A stretch of 64,000 nt of DNA from Gnetum montanum (lineage: Eukaryota > Plantae > Gnetophyta), in NCBI GenBank assembly GCA_015680685.1, contig MNCI01002172.1, positions 596,507-660,506 on the forward strand. Direction: 5' to 3'. Below the pieces are notes generated by a model that worked only from the letters and a program-made list of their open reading frames with translations, did not search any database and was not told the origin of the DNA. Positions 12,990 to 27,376 of the stretch are shown in pieces. Within the stretch, counting starts at the first letter, position 1, and every line of letters starts with the position of its first letter. The translations under genes were made by a program, and so were the position numbers.

Positions 12990-15900
12990 ATTGTGAAAAT
13001 AATATCATTATGGCCATAGTAATGATCCTCATATGGGCTACAAGACTATTTTCTTCTAAAAGGTTGAGATTCATAAGTCATTCTTTTTGGGCTATGCTTA
13101 GGTCTAGGTTAAGTTTATTGGTAGTAGCTAGAGTTTGTAGCTCCACCTGGATTGGGATCATAGGTAGTTTACCGTAGACTAACTTGTAGGTTGAATATCT
13201 AATGGAAAGTTTCCATGTAATTCTATAGGCCCATAGAGCATCATCTAATTTAGTGCTACAATCCTTCCTAAATCAACTAACAGTTCTAGTTAATATTCTT
13301 GTAATTTCTTAGTTAGTTACTTCAACCTAATCATTTATTTGTGGATGATATGGTGTGGTCAATTTATGGTTCACCACAAGCTGAGATGAGCATTCTTGAT
13401 ACTTTGAATATATTTACCACATGTTGTTGAAAAAACTTAGCAATTGTCTTTACTGTACAATCCTTAACCATAGCTACTTCTACCCAATTTGTACAATAAT
13501 CAATGGTTACTATGATATAAGCTTTCCTGTTTTACATTAGCGCAATGGATGAAATCAATTCTCCATATGTCAAATGGTTCTAATGGCTAAATTCATTATT
13601 GTGGCCCTGCATTCCTAGTTGTTATTCCTCCATCACATTAACATCCCTCACAAGATTAGATAAAGTTATGTGCATCTTGAAATATGGTACGCCAAAAATA
13701 GCCTACCATCATCAACTTAAGTGTTGTCCTACGCCCAACGTAGTGACCACCACATGGTCCTTCGTGTGCCTCCTATAGGACCTTATGTTGATTATCTTCT
13801 AGAACACACCATCGTACTAGTCTATAAACATAGATCTTGTAAAGATTTCCATTTATCTCCATATATCTTGTTACTTTATAGAGGAAATATCCTCTTTGTC
13901 TCCTACTCCACTCAACAGGAAGTTCTTGTGTGGTTATGTAGGAAATGTAATTAGTAGCCCATGACTTCATTGTTTAGTTAATGGTTATTGTTATCCTTGT
14001 GAATAAGTTTTCATTGGAAAACTGATTTGATAATGGTTCTTTTTGGTCTTGTGGTTTCCATCTTAGCCTCGACAAGTGATCTGCTACTGCATGTTTTGTG
14101 TCTTTCTTTTCAAGCATGGTGATGTCAAATTCTTGTAGTATGATAAGACATTTGATCACCCTAGGACTTACCACTAGTTTATTCATTAGGAAACTTAGTG
14201 CACTATGATCTATATGGATAGAAATGGGGTACCTAAGCACATAGTGTCTACATTTTTCCAATGCATACACCACTTCCATAAGCTTCTTATGTGTGGTGGT
14301 GTAATTAAGTTGTGCTTCGGTGATGCTTTTGCTAGTACAGTGTATGTAATATGGCCTTTTTTGATCATCAAGCTAGGTTAATACTGCATCCAACGCATAG
14401 TTGAAGCCATATGTTATTATGTGAAAGGGATTAGACCAATTTGGAGCTCAAATGATTGGTGTTTTGATTAGCCTTTATTTTAAAGTCTCAAGTGCCTTTT
14501 CACATTGTTCTATTCACTAAAATGGGCATCTTTCTTTGTTAATTCTACCAATGATTTTGCTATTTTTGAAAACTTTTCTATAAATATTCTGTAATATCCT
14601 ATGTGTCCCTGAAATGATCTAACATCTTTGATAGTTTGGGGCCTTTAGATGATGTTCTAGATGACTTTGATATTCTTTGGATCTACCTCAACTTTCTTCT
14701 ATGATACTTTGTGTCCCAAAACAATTCCATATTGGATCATTAGATGGCTTTTTTTTTCTTTTTTTTTTCTTTTTTGCTAATTGAGCTTTAAATTATTTTC
14801 CATGCATCCTTTTAATACTTGCTCTAAATGGTCCAATGCTTTCTTAAAGTCTAGCCCATAGGTCAAGAAATCATCCATAAGTACCTTTATGCCATTACCT
14901 ATTTGTTTTTGGAACATGCTTAATACAAATCTTTGAAAGGTATCATGTGCATTGCACAAACCGAAAGACATTTTCTTGTAGGCAAACGTTCCCCATGGAC
15001 TGGTGAATGTAGTATTTTCTTGATCTTCTGGTGCAATGTGGATCTAGTTATATCCACTGTATTCGTCAAGAAATCTATAGCACCATTGTCTTGCTATGGT
15101 ATCTATGACTTGATCAACAAACAACAAAGGGAAATGGTCTTTAAACATCGTGGAGTTCAACAACCAAAAATCAATACATACTCTCTACTTTTCATCTTTC
15201 TTTGGAACAATGACCAAATGGCTATTCCATTCATTATCTACAATGGAGTAGATGAATCATGCTTTCAACTATTTTTTCAAACTCCTATTTTGTCACTTCT
15301 TTAAGCTTAGAATTCAACCTTCTATGTGGTTGGTGGCACAACTTAATAGCTAGATCTGTGTATATCTGGTCTTGATAAATTTGTGAATTAATGCTTGTTA
15401 TCTCATCATAAGACCATGTGAATGCTATTGGCCATTCATTAATGACTTCTAATAACTTCTTTTTCTATTCTTTATCCAAATTGACATTAATGATTATTGG
15501 TTTTTTGTTATTTAGAAAGGCATATTCTACCACATCCAGTAGAGCATTTAATTTTAACAAGTCTAGATCAAACTTAGCTAGGATCTCAAGTTGTCCCCAT
15601 TCAATATCTTCTTCTTAACAAGAATGTGTATAGGGGCATTTTTTTCTTAATTGTTCCAACTTATCTATCTCCTTAACGTAGGCTCTTATGATCTGACTTA
15701 TTTGTTCCATGTATATTTTAGATCCTATTTCTTCATTGGTAACCAACCATTAGTTGCCTTCTTGTTTAGTGACTACTGTATACAAAAATTTTTGCATACA
15801 CATTTCTTTTACACAGCTATTGCATGCTATGTTGCTTTCTTATGTAATAGCCCATATCTTCTACATGAAATTGCATCCATTATTGTTGTATGTGATACAT

Positions 15901-18500
15901 GGAACTCTACATTGTTGAATGATTCCAACTTCGTCCTTGTTGGAAATCTCCAAGGAAAAATCTCTAATTCCAAGCTTAGCATCAGCAGTGCTAAGCCAAG
16001 CTCTTTCCATGATGATAGGGAACTCTCCCTTGTTTTTTCCTAAATGAATGACTAATAAATCAATAGGATAGGACTAGCCACTGATGGTGGTAATGACATC
16101 ATCCACCTACCCAAGTAGAAGAATGATTTTCTAATTCACAAGCTATAATCAGATGTTACTTTTGCTTAGTGGTGGAAGACTCTAGGCCTTGTACATGTCT
16201 TGTGAAATTAAGTTCACTCATGACCCAGAATCAAGTAGAGCATTGCATGGTTTGTGACTTGCTATTTGAAGATATATCAAGGAACTTCTTAGATCTATTC
16301 TTTTCTGGGGAATTTCCCCTACCTTTATCTAATGTATGATGGTTTGGGCAAGCATGACAGTAGTTAAATTTGAATTAGTAGAAGATGGAAGCCTAGTGTT
16401 CCTCAAAAGAGTGTATGTGGATGGGGTTGAAGTAGAATAAGCCCTCATCCTTTGAACCCTTTCTGGACTTGTTCAGAAGAACAAGCATTTCCTAGATCAA
16501 GGTTAATTCATGATTACCTCCTCCTATGTGTTTACTACCCTTATTACATTCCTATACTATGGTTGTGGTGGTAGCTCACCTTGTATAATTGGTGGTGGTA
16601 CTGTCAATAAAGAATTAAAAGGTTGATTTAGTGGACCAATTGCTAGTTGATGTGTGCATAGATTGGAATCCATCCTTGGAGTGGTAGGTCTATAATACTC
16701 AAGTGGGTAATAATGTGAAGAATTGTGAACGGAAGCATTTCCTAGAGAGATTAGATGTTGTGCATAATATACATATGGATTTGGTTACCTATATGGATAT
16801 TGTTGCCTCAATGGTAGCATTACCCATGCTTGTGGTTGTTGCCACTACTGATGGTATTGCTCCTGTGATTGAGAGTAAACTCCGCTTGGGTAGTAAGTTT
16901 CCTAGAAGGGTTTTTAGAGATTACCTTGAGGTAAGGTAACTTTATTGACATCTACTTTTTAATAAGTTTTGGATTAAGTGTGTGCCCTAAACTCTTACAA
17001 GTGGGCCAAAAAGGACAACATCCCTTAGGATGTTCATACTAGCACACCTTGCATCCTTCCTCCTGAACTAGAATCAGTACACTCCTTAACTAAAGTAACT
17101 TTTTCTTTCTGCTTATAGCCTTCTCATCCATAGTCCCTTCTCTTCTTCTTATCTTTTCATTTATTGAGTGCTTATTCAATTCTTTTTTCTACTATCTTGA
17201 GGGTTGTATTAAACTTCTTATTCATCAAGTCCCACATTTTCTGTACCTTTATTGTTATATCATTAACAGATTTTTGGATGGGTAGAGTTTTCTTCTAAAT
17301 CACATCTTCCAAGGTTTCTTATTCTTACTTGTTGCACATTTGTACATCTCATTTTCTGATTAATGGATCTCGGTTATACCCTTTAATTGATTCTCTCTTT
17401 TTCAACTCATCTTCCTCTTTTGCCACTTGGTCTATTAACCTTTGAATACAATGGATGGTCATCTTTGATAGTCATCCTTAGGCATAGATCCCAAGGGATT
17501 CTCTAGTTTTATTGCTTAACCCATTAATAATGTGCCTAAGTTGTTTCCTTTGTGAGAATCCATGGCTTGGGCATCTATGTAGAAAAGAGTAGTATCTTTC
17601 CATTGTTGCATCAAGGGATTCATGTGTCCCTTGCTTCCATCAATTCGTATTTGTCATTAAAAATCTCGAGAATGGTACTCCATCTTCTAATTGATTCTTG
17701 TTCCAATGATTTGTACACCTCTCTACCTCTTTGATGAGTGTCCTATGAAACAACTTGAACTTTTGTCAGTCACTTTCAATATTTTAAAGGGTGCATGCAT
17801 CATGAAATGATTGAAGATGGTGTTGCGGATATGCATTATATCCACCTTCAAATTTAGAAATGTTATTCATATCTAATCGCTTGATACGATTGTCCCTAAT
17901 GTGCCTAGGTGGGATATATACTTCTTCCCTAATATTGATCATGCTATGAGTGGCCAATAGAGGCTCTTCATGGTCATTGGATTCATGAGATCTATTATAG
18001 TAATGTTCCCTTTGATGCTCATAATGCTCTCTCTCTTCACACTTATTCCTGTCTCTTCTTGGTTCATAGTCATCCTCCTCTTCATCAAGATAACTTTGAC
18101 GATATTCATGCCTATCATGAGCCCAATATCTTTCCTTGTTGTGATCTCTAAGTCCTTATTCTTTTTTGTCAAAGTACATTGATGATTATGAGGAGGAAGA
18201 TGAAGTAGTTAGAGACTAATCCCAACTAGTTATCATTTTGTAACTCTAGAATTCATCCCTTTGTGATTTCATAGAAGCTCTAGGCCTTGAGTTCCACATA
18301 TGTTTAAAGTCTTCTGCCTCTCTTCTTAGTATCCTTGCAAGGGCTTAATGCAATTGTACCTTGAAAGGTTCTTCCAGACAAATAATAGGCATTTGTGAGT
18401 GAACTTCATGATTATGGTGAAGTTTTTCTACTAAGAATGCATCATCATGAATTTCCTCTCAGACAACATTGGGATTGGTTTTCCTTCCTTTGCTATTTTT
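12990..18500 (-). pseudogene. gag-pol of Athila-like element #2 (gag ~17000-18400, PR ~15950-16270, RT ~14600-15450, RNase H ~13974-14480, INT ~12990-13900)
   Basis: RT: MSFGLCNAHDTFQRFVLSMF..IKVLMDDFLTYG. RH: VVYALEKCRHY..IDHSAL..LQEFD..HAVADHLSR. INT remnants include HEGPCGGH and IDYCTNWVE. Many stops. Confidence 0.9.
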
Positions 18501-18990
18501 GTGCCTTCTCTCCATAGTAGCATCTCTCTAGACTTGCACCTCTATGGATTGATATGGTTTGGTCATGTGTTTGGTCACATGATATCCTTCTTGTGCATGG
18601 CTCAAATTCATCCCCATTAATGCTACATGAAGCATGGATGGTGCTAAATGCTCTAGAGGCAAAATGATGTTGTCCTACAAGTCTCTCCACCTTATTTTCT
18701 CATCCTAGTAAAAGATGAATGTAAAATTAGGATAATAGGGATTGGTATGAATGTATGAGATCCTTTTTTGTATAGGCATACTCCAATCTTCATCATCATG
18801 TGTTTGATCATTACTATTTTGTAGCTCTTTGGCAAGTGATAATTTCTCTTTAAGTATTGAAGCCATATTGTTTATTTCATGCTTAGTTATGTGTGCATTA
18901 TTAGAATTGATTAGAGGTTTAAAAGATAAAATTTTTGGTTCTTGATACAATGAACTTTATAAGATCAACTACTCAGCACACATTAACACA

Positions 18991-19008
18991 TCCCTGGCAA
19001 TGGCACTA
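18991..19008 (-). promoter_or_regulatory. Primer binding site, tRNA-Asp type
   Basis: The minus strand reads TAGTGCCATTGCCAGGGA (deaminated TGGCGCCGTTGCCGGGGA), adjacent to the 5' LTR. Confidence 0.75.
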
Positions 19009-19009
19009 A

Positions 19010-19869
19010 TGATGAGTGGTGGAGGTAATCCCAACACTATACCATACAAGTCACAAGTATGTGCAAGTGAGCAAATCGTAATCCATGAATGAGGCAATGT
19101 AATTATGCTAATAGTTGATGTTAAGCTCGTGATCATTATCTTGTCACTTTAAGTTAGTGAAGTCTCAGTGTATGGTTTAAACTCATAGTGAGGCATATGA
19201 TTCATGATGTTGTTAGGCTCTGATTACTCCTAGTTGTACTCGTAATGAACATGAATATTAAATCCTAAGTCTAAGTAATAATGGGGTTGTGAATCTCTTC
19301 TATCCTAATAGCAATAGGTATCTATTCCTAGTTTACTAGTCACATCTTGGACTCATGTAGCTATCACTGGGATTACAAGGTAGAATTACTACTGAGCAAA
19401 TCAAGCAATGCCACTACTAGGTTACTAGATAACTACACTTAATGCTCGAAACCAGTCATACCATTTTTCTTACTAATATCATGTAAAAGGAAAGTGCTTG
19501 AAAATGTAAAGTGTTAAGGAAAATAAGAAATTTATTCTAAAAAAACATAAAGAAAACTAAGCAATGGTGTAATGATGAAAAATAGCTTTCATCTTTATTG
19601 CCACATATAAACTGTGTTCAAGTACAATTTACTTGAATAAAGATGTCGATCAACTGCTTAACACCACATTGTGGGCATTCACTCTATTACAAAAATTACA
19701 AAAACAAACTGTAAGAATCTGGCTAAGGGTTGAAATCAGAAGTTGTCATTTGTATGCCCAAGTATCAGTAGCGCTACATAGATCCCAAGACATCACATCA
19801 ACAATGATGTAGGATGAGCTATGATATCATTGATACAATATTGCATTAGTACGAAAAGTATTTTTATCA
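19010..19869 (-). repeat. 5' LTR of Athila-like element #2
   Basis: TGATGAGTG...TTATCA, colinear with 7411-8276. Confidence 0.88.
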
Positions 19870-22800
19870 TTCTAGCTTTGACTTCCTCCATTCTACCTAG
19901 GATCTTAACCTCATGTTTTAGCATGGGTTGTCTTGGCTCCTTTCCCTTTTCTTATTTTTTATTGTCTTCCTTGGTTAGCTAGTTGATGCAGTTTGAGCAT
20001 TAGAGTCCATGGGTATGGCCAAAATTGGAGTAGGCTTTAGTGGGTCTACTATCTTCCTAATTTTTGGTTGGTTGGTGTCCTTAGCCTTAGGCTTAGAAAC
20101 TAGCTTCTTCCATTTTTTTTAGAGATGATTTCTTGTTATTTGGCTAGAAAGACATTGAAGCATTAGCAATTATGGAAGGACACTAGTCAACTTGGGTTGC
20201 AGTTTTATTAGTAGAGGAAAGGGATACTCTAATGACAAATAGTTCTTTGGGAGGTGTAGGTGGTGGTATCCTTGTAAAAAACAAGATTCTTTAACTTGTA
20301 GAAGTTGAAGCCTACTCATTACAAGGAGGTACCTTAACCACAAATGGTTGCCTAACAAGTTTAACCTTGTCACGGACATTGAATGTAGCTATGGTAAATT
20401 AATTATTGCTAGCGTTGAGAGGGTCCTTATACACATGCATAGGTTAGTTATGAGGTCTAATAGGGTTACATGTATTTAAGACTAATTCTTCAATATCCAT
20501 CATCTTTGGTAGATTATCTTTTAAGGCCAAACAGAAATTAGTATCATGGCTAGGAAGCTAATGATAGTGGCAAAAATCAATCTAGCTTAAAGCACTTGGG
20601 CATAGGAGGATCATCTTTCATAGTTGTAGTAGGGTCCTTAGTAATTTTGCAAAGATGATCATGCCTCTTGTGAGGTTCTTAGATAGTTTTTTATATTAAA
20701 TACAATTACTTATAAGCAACTGGTCAAGAAGCTTTGATGGTTTCATGGGCAATTTGATATACATTGACCTATTATTTCTTTTGAAGTTAGGCTTTGGTGG
20801 ATTGAATGTAGAAGCATTAGAGGTTGATGGTTGAGAAGTGGCAATAGAAACTTTAGGTTGTGTTATCCTCGGTCCCACTATTATTTTCAATTCTTTAGCC
20901 ATTGTGGCCATAGCTACATGGGTTTGTTTGCCCTTGTCCCTATCCTTTTTCATGTATTGATTCTTATAAGCTATGTACGTGAGGTCATTGCTCGCTTCTA
21001 CTACGTCCTCTATATTCTTGACTAAGGAAAAGGCTTAATTGAGTGATCAAGAATCTAAATAATAAATCTTAGACTTGATAAAATCATTAACCACTCCCTT
21101 AAAAATGGTCAAAATATGCATTTCAAAGATGGGTTCGAATATTTCATTAAGCATAGCATTCCATCTTTGTATGAACTTTAGCAGCTTCAGGTTGTGTTGT
21201 TCTTAGTGCCACTATTATTTTCAATTCTTTGGCCACTGTGGCCATAGCTACATGGATTTGTTTGCCCTTATCCCTATCCTTTTTCATGTGCTAATTATTA
21301 TAAGCTATGTAGGTGGGGTCATTACACACTTCACGTCCTCTATGTTCTTAACTTGGAAAAAGATTTGATTGAGTGATCAAGGATCTAAATAATAAAGCTT
21401 AGACTTGATAAAGTCATTAACTGCTCCCTTGAAAATGGCCAAAAGTTGCATTTCAAAGATGGGTTTGGGTATTTCATTAAGTGTAGCATTCCATCTTTGT
21501 ATGAACTTTTGAATAGGTTTGAGGGGCCCCTGTCTGACTTTCATGAGTTGATCTAGCATTGTTTTAGGTTTTAAGTTATACTTGAAATGGTTAATGCACT
21601 AGTTTATCAAGTTATCTAGGGAGGAAATAGATCCTCTAGGTAGCTCATGGTACTAATCTAAGGCTTTTCCAACTAGCAACATTGGAAAGATGTGTAGCAT
21701 AGTGTGTGGCCAAGGTTGCAACAGTAGGCACTCAGAACAAAAGGTAATCAAGTGGGCATTCAGATCACCTTCACCATTGTATTTGGTGAAGTGAGGGATC
21801 AGGATGCTTGCAAAATGAATTATCTACAAGACAGTGGAATTAACTGGATCATCTTGGTAAAATTTCATGACCTTTACTATCTAAGTGGTGTTGGCCTCAA
21901 GCTTTTTCAACTTATTAGTAAGGCTTTGAATTAGTTAAAAAGCTTGGTCTAGCCTTTAAGGTGCTCTTGCAAGCTATGCTGGTTGTATGACTTGCTACAT
22001 TAGTAGCAAGGTGGGTGGTTAAACAAGTTGAGGTCGTGTAATGGGCAACAACATTGGCTAGAAAGGCCTTATGCCTACTATTATAGGGGGTTAAAAAAAA
22101 GAAAATGAGGTTTGAAGAAGGATTTGCAAGATGAAGGGAACAAAGGAGATGTGGGAAGTTTGGCAGACTTGAGGTCCCAAAGAAGGGCCCACTAAGGTGA
22201 CAAAAGGAGGTGGCATGGAAGAGCTTACCAGTGGTGGTCACATGGAATAAGGTTGGGTTCCAAAAGGCATTGATGTGAATAGGGAGGTGAGCTAAGAAAC
22301 TAATTAAGAGGGATGGACCACAGGGTTTGTGGGCCTTATCCAACTTATTATTGAAGAGGAATAAAACAAGTTATTTATGAATAAGTCAGGGATGGAATGT
22401 TGCAAGTTTTCCTCCAAATGGGTGTCAATCTCGTAGTAACCTCTAAACTCATGTTGATCCTCTTGATCGTGTTTTAAACTAGCCTCTTTGCTTGCCTTAA
22501 CCTCATCCTTGGCATATACTAATTAGGCTAACATGTTGACATAAGCCTATGGCAATTCAATGTTGTCATATGAGAACAAGATATATTTGTTTCCATTCTT
22601 ATGAATGATCTTGAATTCACTCTTGGAATCCAACTCCTTATGTGGGATACATAGACCTACTTGAATTTTTTACATAAATGAAGTTGTATTGAGTGAGAGT
22701 GGCATGCATGGGCTCACATCCTAGACATCTAAGGAACTACCTATGTTCCATTATAGCTAAGTCCTTAAGATCATAGATGCAAGTGGATTGCTAGTTCAAG
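19870..22800 (-). pseudogene. Tat/Ogre-like element A: degenerate gag region
   Basis: MLDQLMKVRQGPLKPIQKFIQRWNATLNEI..LLAIFKGAVNDFIKSKLYYL (21377-21559) is clearly homologous to the gag of element B (44635-45459). Confidence 0.85.
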
Positions 22801-22904
22801 GCCATGACAACGATGTTATGTGATAGAACAGTTGATGCAAAAGGCATAAACTTTGTAAGGCTAAGGTATTTAGGTAAGCATGGTAAAGGTTTTAATGTCT
22901 TAAA

Positions 22905-23160
22905 CAAGCTACAACTTGTAGCATATAAGATTGTAGCATATGAGAGTTGTAGCATGTTTGACAATCTTGTAGCGTATAAGACAAGCTATAGCATAGGAGA
23001 CAAGGTGTAGCGTGTAAGACAAGGTGTAGCGTGTGAGACAAACTATAGGGTATAAGACAAGCTACAATGTATGAGACAAACCCTAGCATACAAGACAAGC
23101 TACAACATATGAGATAAACCCACAGCTTGTGAAATTGTAGCGTAAATAAACTCTAGCATA
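22905..23160. repeat. Degenerate ~20-bp tandem array (GTAGCGTATAAGACAAG-like) in the 5' leader of Tat-like element A
   Basis: Recurrent gtagc(g/a)t(a/g)t(a/g)agacaa units are visible by eye. Confidence 0.75.
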
Positions 23161-26100
23161 TTTGGCTAAAACATTTGTGTAAAAAGAGGGAAAATAAAGG
23201 GAACTGCAACTACAACTACAATTAAAAAATTTTTGAACGTATTTAAGTAATTGCAAATTCAGAGAACCAAGAAAAACTTGAAAGATTGCAAATGCAAGGC
23301 ACAGGAAATCGTTATGCACTGCAACTATGAAAACAATTTTTGAACTGTAAAATGTAGGAAACAAGGATAGCACTATGTATTGCAACTATAAAAAGAACAA
23401 TAATAAATTTGTAACATTTCAACTATAATTATAAAAATAAAATAAGTTGTAATGTCAAACACTGAATTGCAAAAAACCCAAAACAATTTTTGGTTTTTCC
23501 AAATAGCCCTTGCAAGGTAAAAACAAAGAGTATTTTTCGCAAACATGCTTTTGAAAGAAGAAGTTAGGCAAAGGCCCCCTTTCTAACCCTAGAAAACCGT
23601 AACGATGGAAAAAGTCAATGCTGAAAAACTAAAAGAATCCATGTGAAACAGTTTTAACCACAAGAGTCATGGGCCTTGGAAGGATCTGGGGTGCATTAGG
23701 CAATCTTGCCAATCACCAAAGGACTTAGAAAATCTATTATCGAATGTGATAAACAAAATGAGCAAAAGTGTATAAAGGTAAAACCTATGAACAAAAGAGT
23801 GATATGATGTGGCCAAACAAACAAAACAACTACAAACTTTACATTAAATGTTGTAAAAAATAGTTATAAAATAGGTTCAATTGAGGCTTTTACAACCTGA
23901 AAATACACAAAATATCACTTACAATCTAGTGCAAGAGGCAAGGTGCATTCTACACTTGAATCTATGGAAAAGCAGCATGTAGAAGCTCCTACAAACTTAT
24001 TAGATTCGCATAGCCTTGCAATACCTCACATACCAACTGAAAATGCATGTCCTTTTGATACCCAAGTTTTGCAAAATTCTTGAAATAACTAAACGGATAT
24101 TTGACATCCAAAAGCATAGTACAACCTCTAGCAACTTACATCATTATTGGAAATGCGACTCACATGACATTGCATATCTCTGGTTTTGCATAGTTTTTTA
24201 GACTATTGAAAGCTAGGTACCGGAATTGGTGGATCAAGTTGCTTCTACGATGAACATGATAACATTTTATTGGTTATTTCTGATACCCAGGTCTTTGACA
24301 GTTCTAAAGACAACCAATTGAAAATATGCTATCTGAAAGATGCTACAACCTTTTGCAATGCATAGTTACTTGTAGGGCTTCTAGTAGTGCAATCCTTTTG
24401 GTACCCAAGTTTTGCACAATTCCTATCTAAAATATGGCATTTGGTAATTCCTACGATGTAATGTGACTCACATACCATCAAAATTTACACAAGTAGCCAT
24501 CTAGATGGAATGGCAATGACTAGAATGTACTACAATCTTCTACGAATCACACCTTTGCAAATCAAAGTTACAACATTAGAATTTCCCCTCCTTTCTAGGC
24601 TTCAGGTCATGATCATTTATACTTTATCAATGTTGTTCAACATCAAGTCCTTCTAAGATTGAAACTTTTGCTTACTAAAACTACCTTTGGCACAATTCAT
24701 GGGCCTAGCAAGATTGCCGAAAGGTAGTATTTCCTACCGTTCCAAGGCACTCGAATGTGAGCATTTGAACTCATAAAAGAGCTTGTAGTTACATAGACTT
24801 CTTGCAAAAGCAAAATTTGTTTCGCGAAAGTGACTTCCAAAAAGCAATATTTGTTTACTAACCATTTAGAAGCATGCATTTAAACACATGCCAAAGCTAC
24901 TAGCAACATTGAGTCCTTTTGATAGCAAATTCTGTTTGACAATGGTGCAATTTGTCTATAGAAGGCTTTCCGTAGGCAGGCTGCAATGGTCTACAAATTG
25001 AACCCCATGGCAACAAGTTTAGCCTGTAATTGCCTCTATTTTTGGCTATAATTACCTCTCTAGGAGCAAGTCCTCTATTTCTGTATAGATAGCATCTATC
25101 AAAAGAGTAGATAATAATTATATTTTTGACTTTGCAGGTTTTTTCCACACAAAATATTTGTAAGTATGAACAAATACAAGTTATCGAAGTTAGGACCTAC
25201 CAAACAGCCAAAAATTTAAACAAGTTTTTCTACGGATCTAATTTAGCAAACAGATAACCTTAACTCAAGGCTTCTTGCTCTTATAAACAGCAAATCACTT
25301 ACTATTTTGAAATTTTGTTGCTCTTGTAAACTGCGAATCAACGTGACTCACATAGGCTTCTTATTCTTTTCAGATTTTGATGATCTTATAAACTCTAAAT
25401 CAATGTGACTCGCAGTTCGCAGTGCAGGTCATATATTTCAGATTTTATTTTAATGCTACTCGCAAGATTCAAGGAGTGCCAGTCACACCCTAACATTGCA
25501 GTCGCATTTAACAAAGTGAGCGTACTGCCACTCGCACAAAAGAGCTTTAAAAATTATTCAAGATACATTCCAGAAGGTTTTTTATACTACAGGAACCAAG
25601 CTACCAGGAGATGAATATTTATGGACAAAGCAAGCTTCCGAAAGTTGTTTTCAATGTTAAAATTGAGATTTACGGAAGCAGACATATCGCCAGAAAAAAA
25701 AAAGGACAGCATGACTCGCAACATTAATTCAGCATGTATACAGGCCACGAGTTAAAATTTTTTTGCAAAAACAGCATATGCGTCTTTTATACATCATAAG
25801 TTACAATACATCCTAAACAGGACCACCATAACCATGTCCCCATTAAAGCATCAGGTATCTGAGTCAGGTGGAAATAATTTCTGGACTCCTACAAAACGTG
25901 CTTGCATGGAAGGCTTTGACTGATTTTTCTCGAAAAAACCTGCAAAGCTGTTTGCTTGACTTGATACATAAAATGAAAATTGTAATAACAACATTTTAAT
26001 GAAAAGTCCCAGCATTTAACACTGTTGTTATTCCTTAAAGCTGATGGTTGAAAACTTCGTCAGTGGTAAAGCAACGAACGAGACTCGGATTCCATCATCA

Positions 26101-26644
26101 GATGACTTGAAGGATACCAATGCCTAGGACCAGGATATGAGTTTATTCCACGGTTGAAAATTGTCTAACCAAGATGCAAATTCCATTTTACGTATGGCTA
26201 AATCCTCGTCCCAAACGCAAAACTGCCTGCCTACGTTACCTGATAAAACCGTTAAAGAAAATGCCTAAAAAACTCATAAAATATCACCCTGTAAATGCAT
26301 ATTTTTCCAGGATTATCGGCAAAAGCAAATGCCGAGCCAAGCATCTAAGGGCTCGGTCGACCACTTTCTGGCACTTAAACACAAAATTGAAAATTCTGTT
26401 GTAATCGAACACTTGCATAAGTCCCTTGTTTGTTATAATACATCAAAAACATAAGCAGTTCATTATACCTAACAAACAACAGACACGTCACACAAGGTAG
26501 AAAATCAACATAGTAATTACAACGGACTGCAACCAGGTGTCTACATATTCAGTCCAGAACAGATCAATCATTCCGTATTGAATTTGCGCAAAACCACTGG
26601 GATTCAGGCTTATTCTAATTGAAACGGAAGCGGCGGTTTTCAAA

Positions 26645-27376
26645 CTAAGAAATGAATATAACGGAAGGATCGCAACAGCATTCATCCAGAAGACAGCAGC
26701 AACACAAAGCAGCCAAACTGTTGCAAAGAGAAAAAACAAATCAAGGTTACAACGCTACCAAAACTTCACAACTTGAATTTGAAAAACAAAAAAGAAAAGA
26801 AAAAAGCACAAACAGAAACCCCAACAAGAACAAATTGTGCATTTGAAAGCGATTGAGATCTGCGATAAAAAAAAAAAAGCTCGAAACGTACCATCCTTCC
26901 AGAAACCCTACTTGTTTCCCCGGCCGCCCCTGCTGATACGCCGGCGGCGCTACGACGGGCGGTGCCTGCTGATAATATCCTTGCGCAGGGTAGCCCTGTG
27001 GCGGGTAACCTACGCACAGTTACAGAAGAAAGTTTCCTAAAACCCTAACCTTCGTTGCAAAATCGAAGAGATCAGAGATCAAAGAACATATGAGAAAAAA
27101 GCAAAAAAAAAAAGCAGACAAGAAAAAGCACGAAACGAAGAAGGGAAAATCCAAAGCAAAGCACAAACAAGAAAATATTGAATCGATCAAATGATAAGAT
27201 TCAAACGCTGAAAGGCGAAAAAAATATCAACATTCGACCACTGAAAAACTTAAAAAGATAACATTCGAACGCAGAGAAACGAAAAAGAAACAATTCAAAC
27301 GTACAAAACAGAAAAAGAAACATTCCAGAAGCGCACCTTGAGCGGGATACGGATACGCGTATTTTGGATCTGACAT
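26645..27376 (-). CDS. CYSTM: CYSTM-family cysteine-rich transmembrane-module protein, 76 aa, 3 exons (27376-27337, 27009-26892, 26717-26645)
   Basis: Spliced translation: MSDPKYAYPYPAQGYPPQGYPAQGYYQQAPPVVAPPAYQQGRPGKQVGFLEGCLAALCCCCLLDECCCDPSVIFIS*. Introns are canonical GT-AG and phases are consistent (40+118+73=231 nt). It has the hallmark P/Q/Y-rich N-terminus and the GFLEGCLAALCCCC tail. Confidence 0.96.

Larger units (their letters stand above)
7411..19869 (-). mobile_element. Athila-like Ty3/gypsy LTR retrotransposon #2, near full length, degenerate, nested in Tat-like element A
   Basis: Paired LTRs (7411-8276, 19010-19869), tRNA-Asp PBS, a PPT-like GGGGGTA next to the 3' LTR, order gag-PR-RT-RH-INT, and a 3' accessory ORF. 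No clean TSD. Confidence 0.9.

Noticed and set aside
26058-26107. Possible C/D box snoRNA on the minus strand (TGATGA ... GTCTCGTTCGTT, antisense to 18S AACGAACGAGAC ... CTGA)
   Set aside because: The C-to-D span is only ~40 nt and the guide is not adjacent to a recognisable D/D' box. A 12-nt rRNA match is expected by chance in 64 kb.
26488-27040. ORF-track calls 26488-26739, 26652-26846, 26766-27017 and 26837-27040
   Set aside because: These are wrong-frame or antisense shadows of the spliced CYSTM gene.
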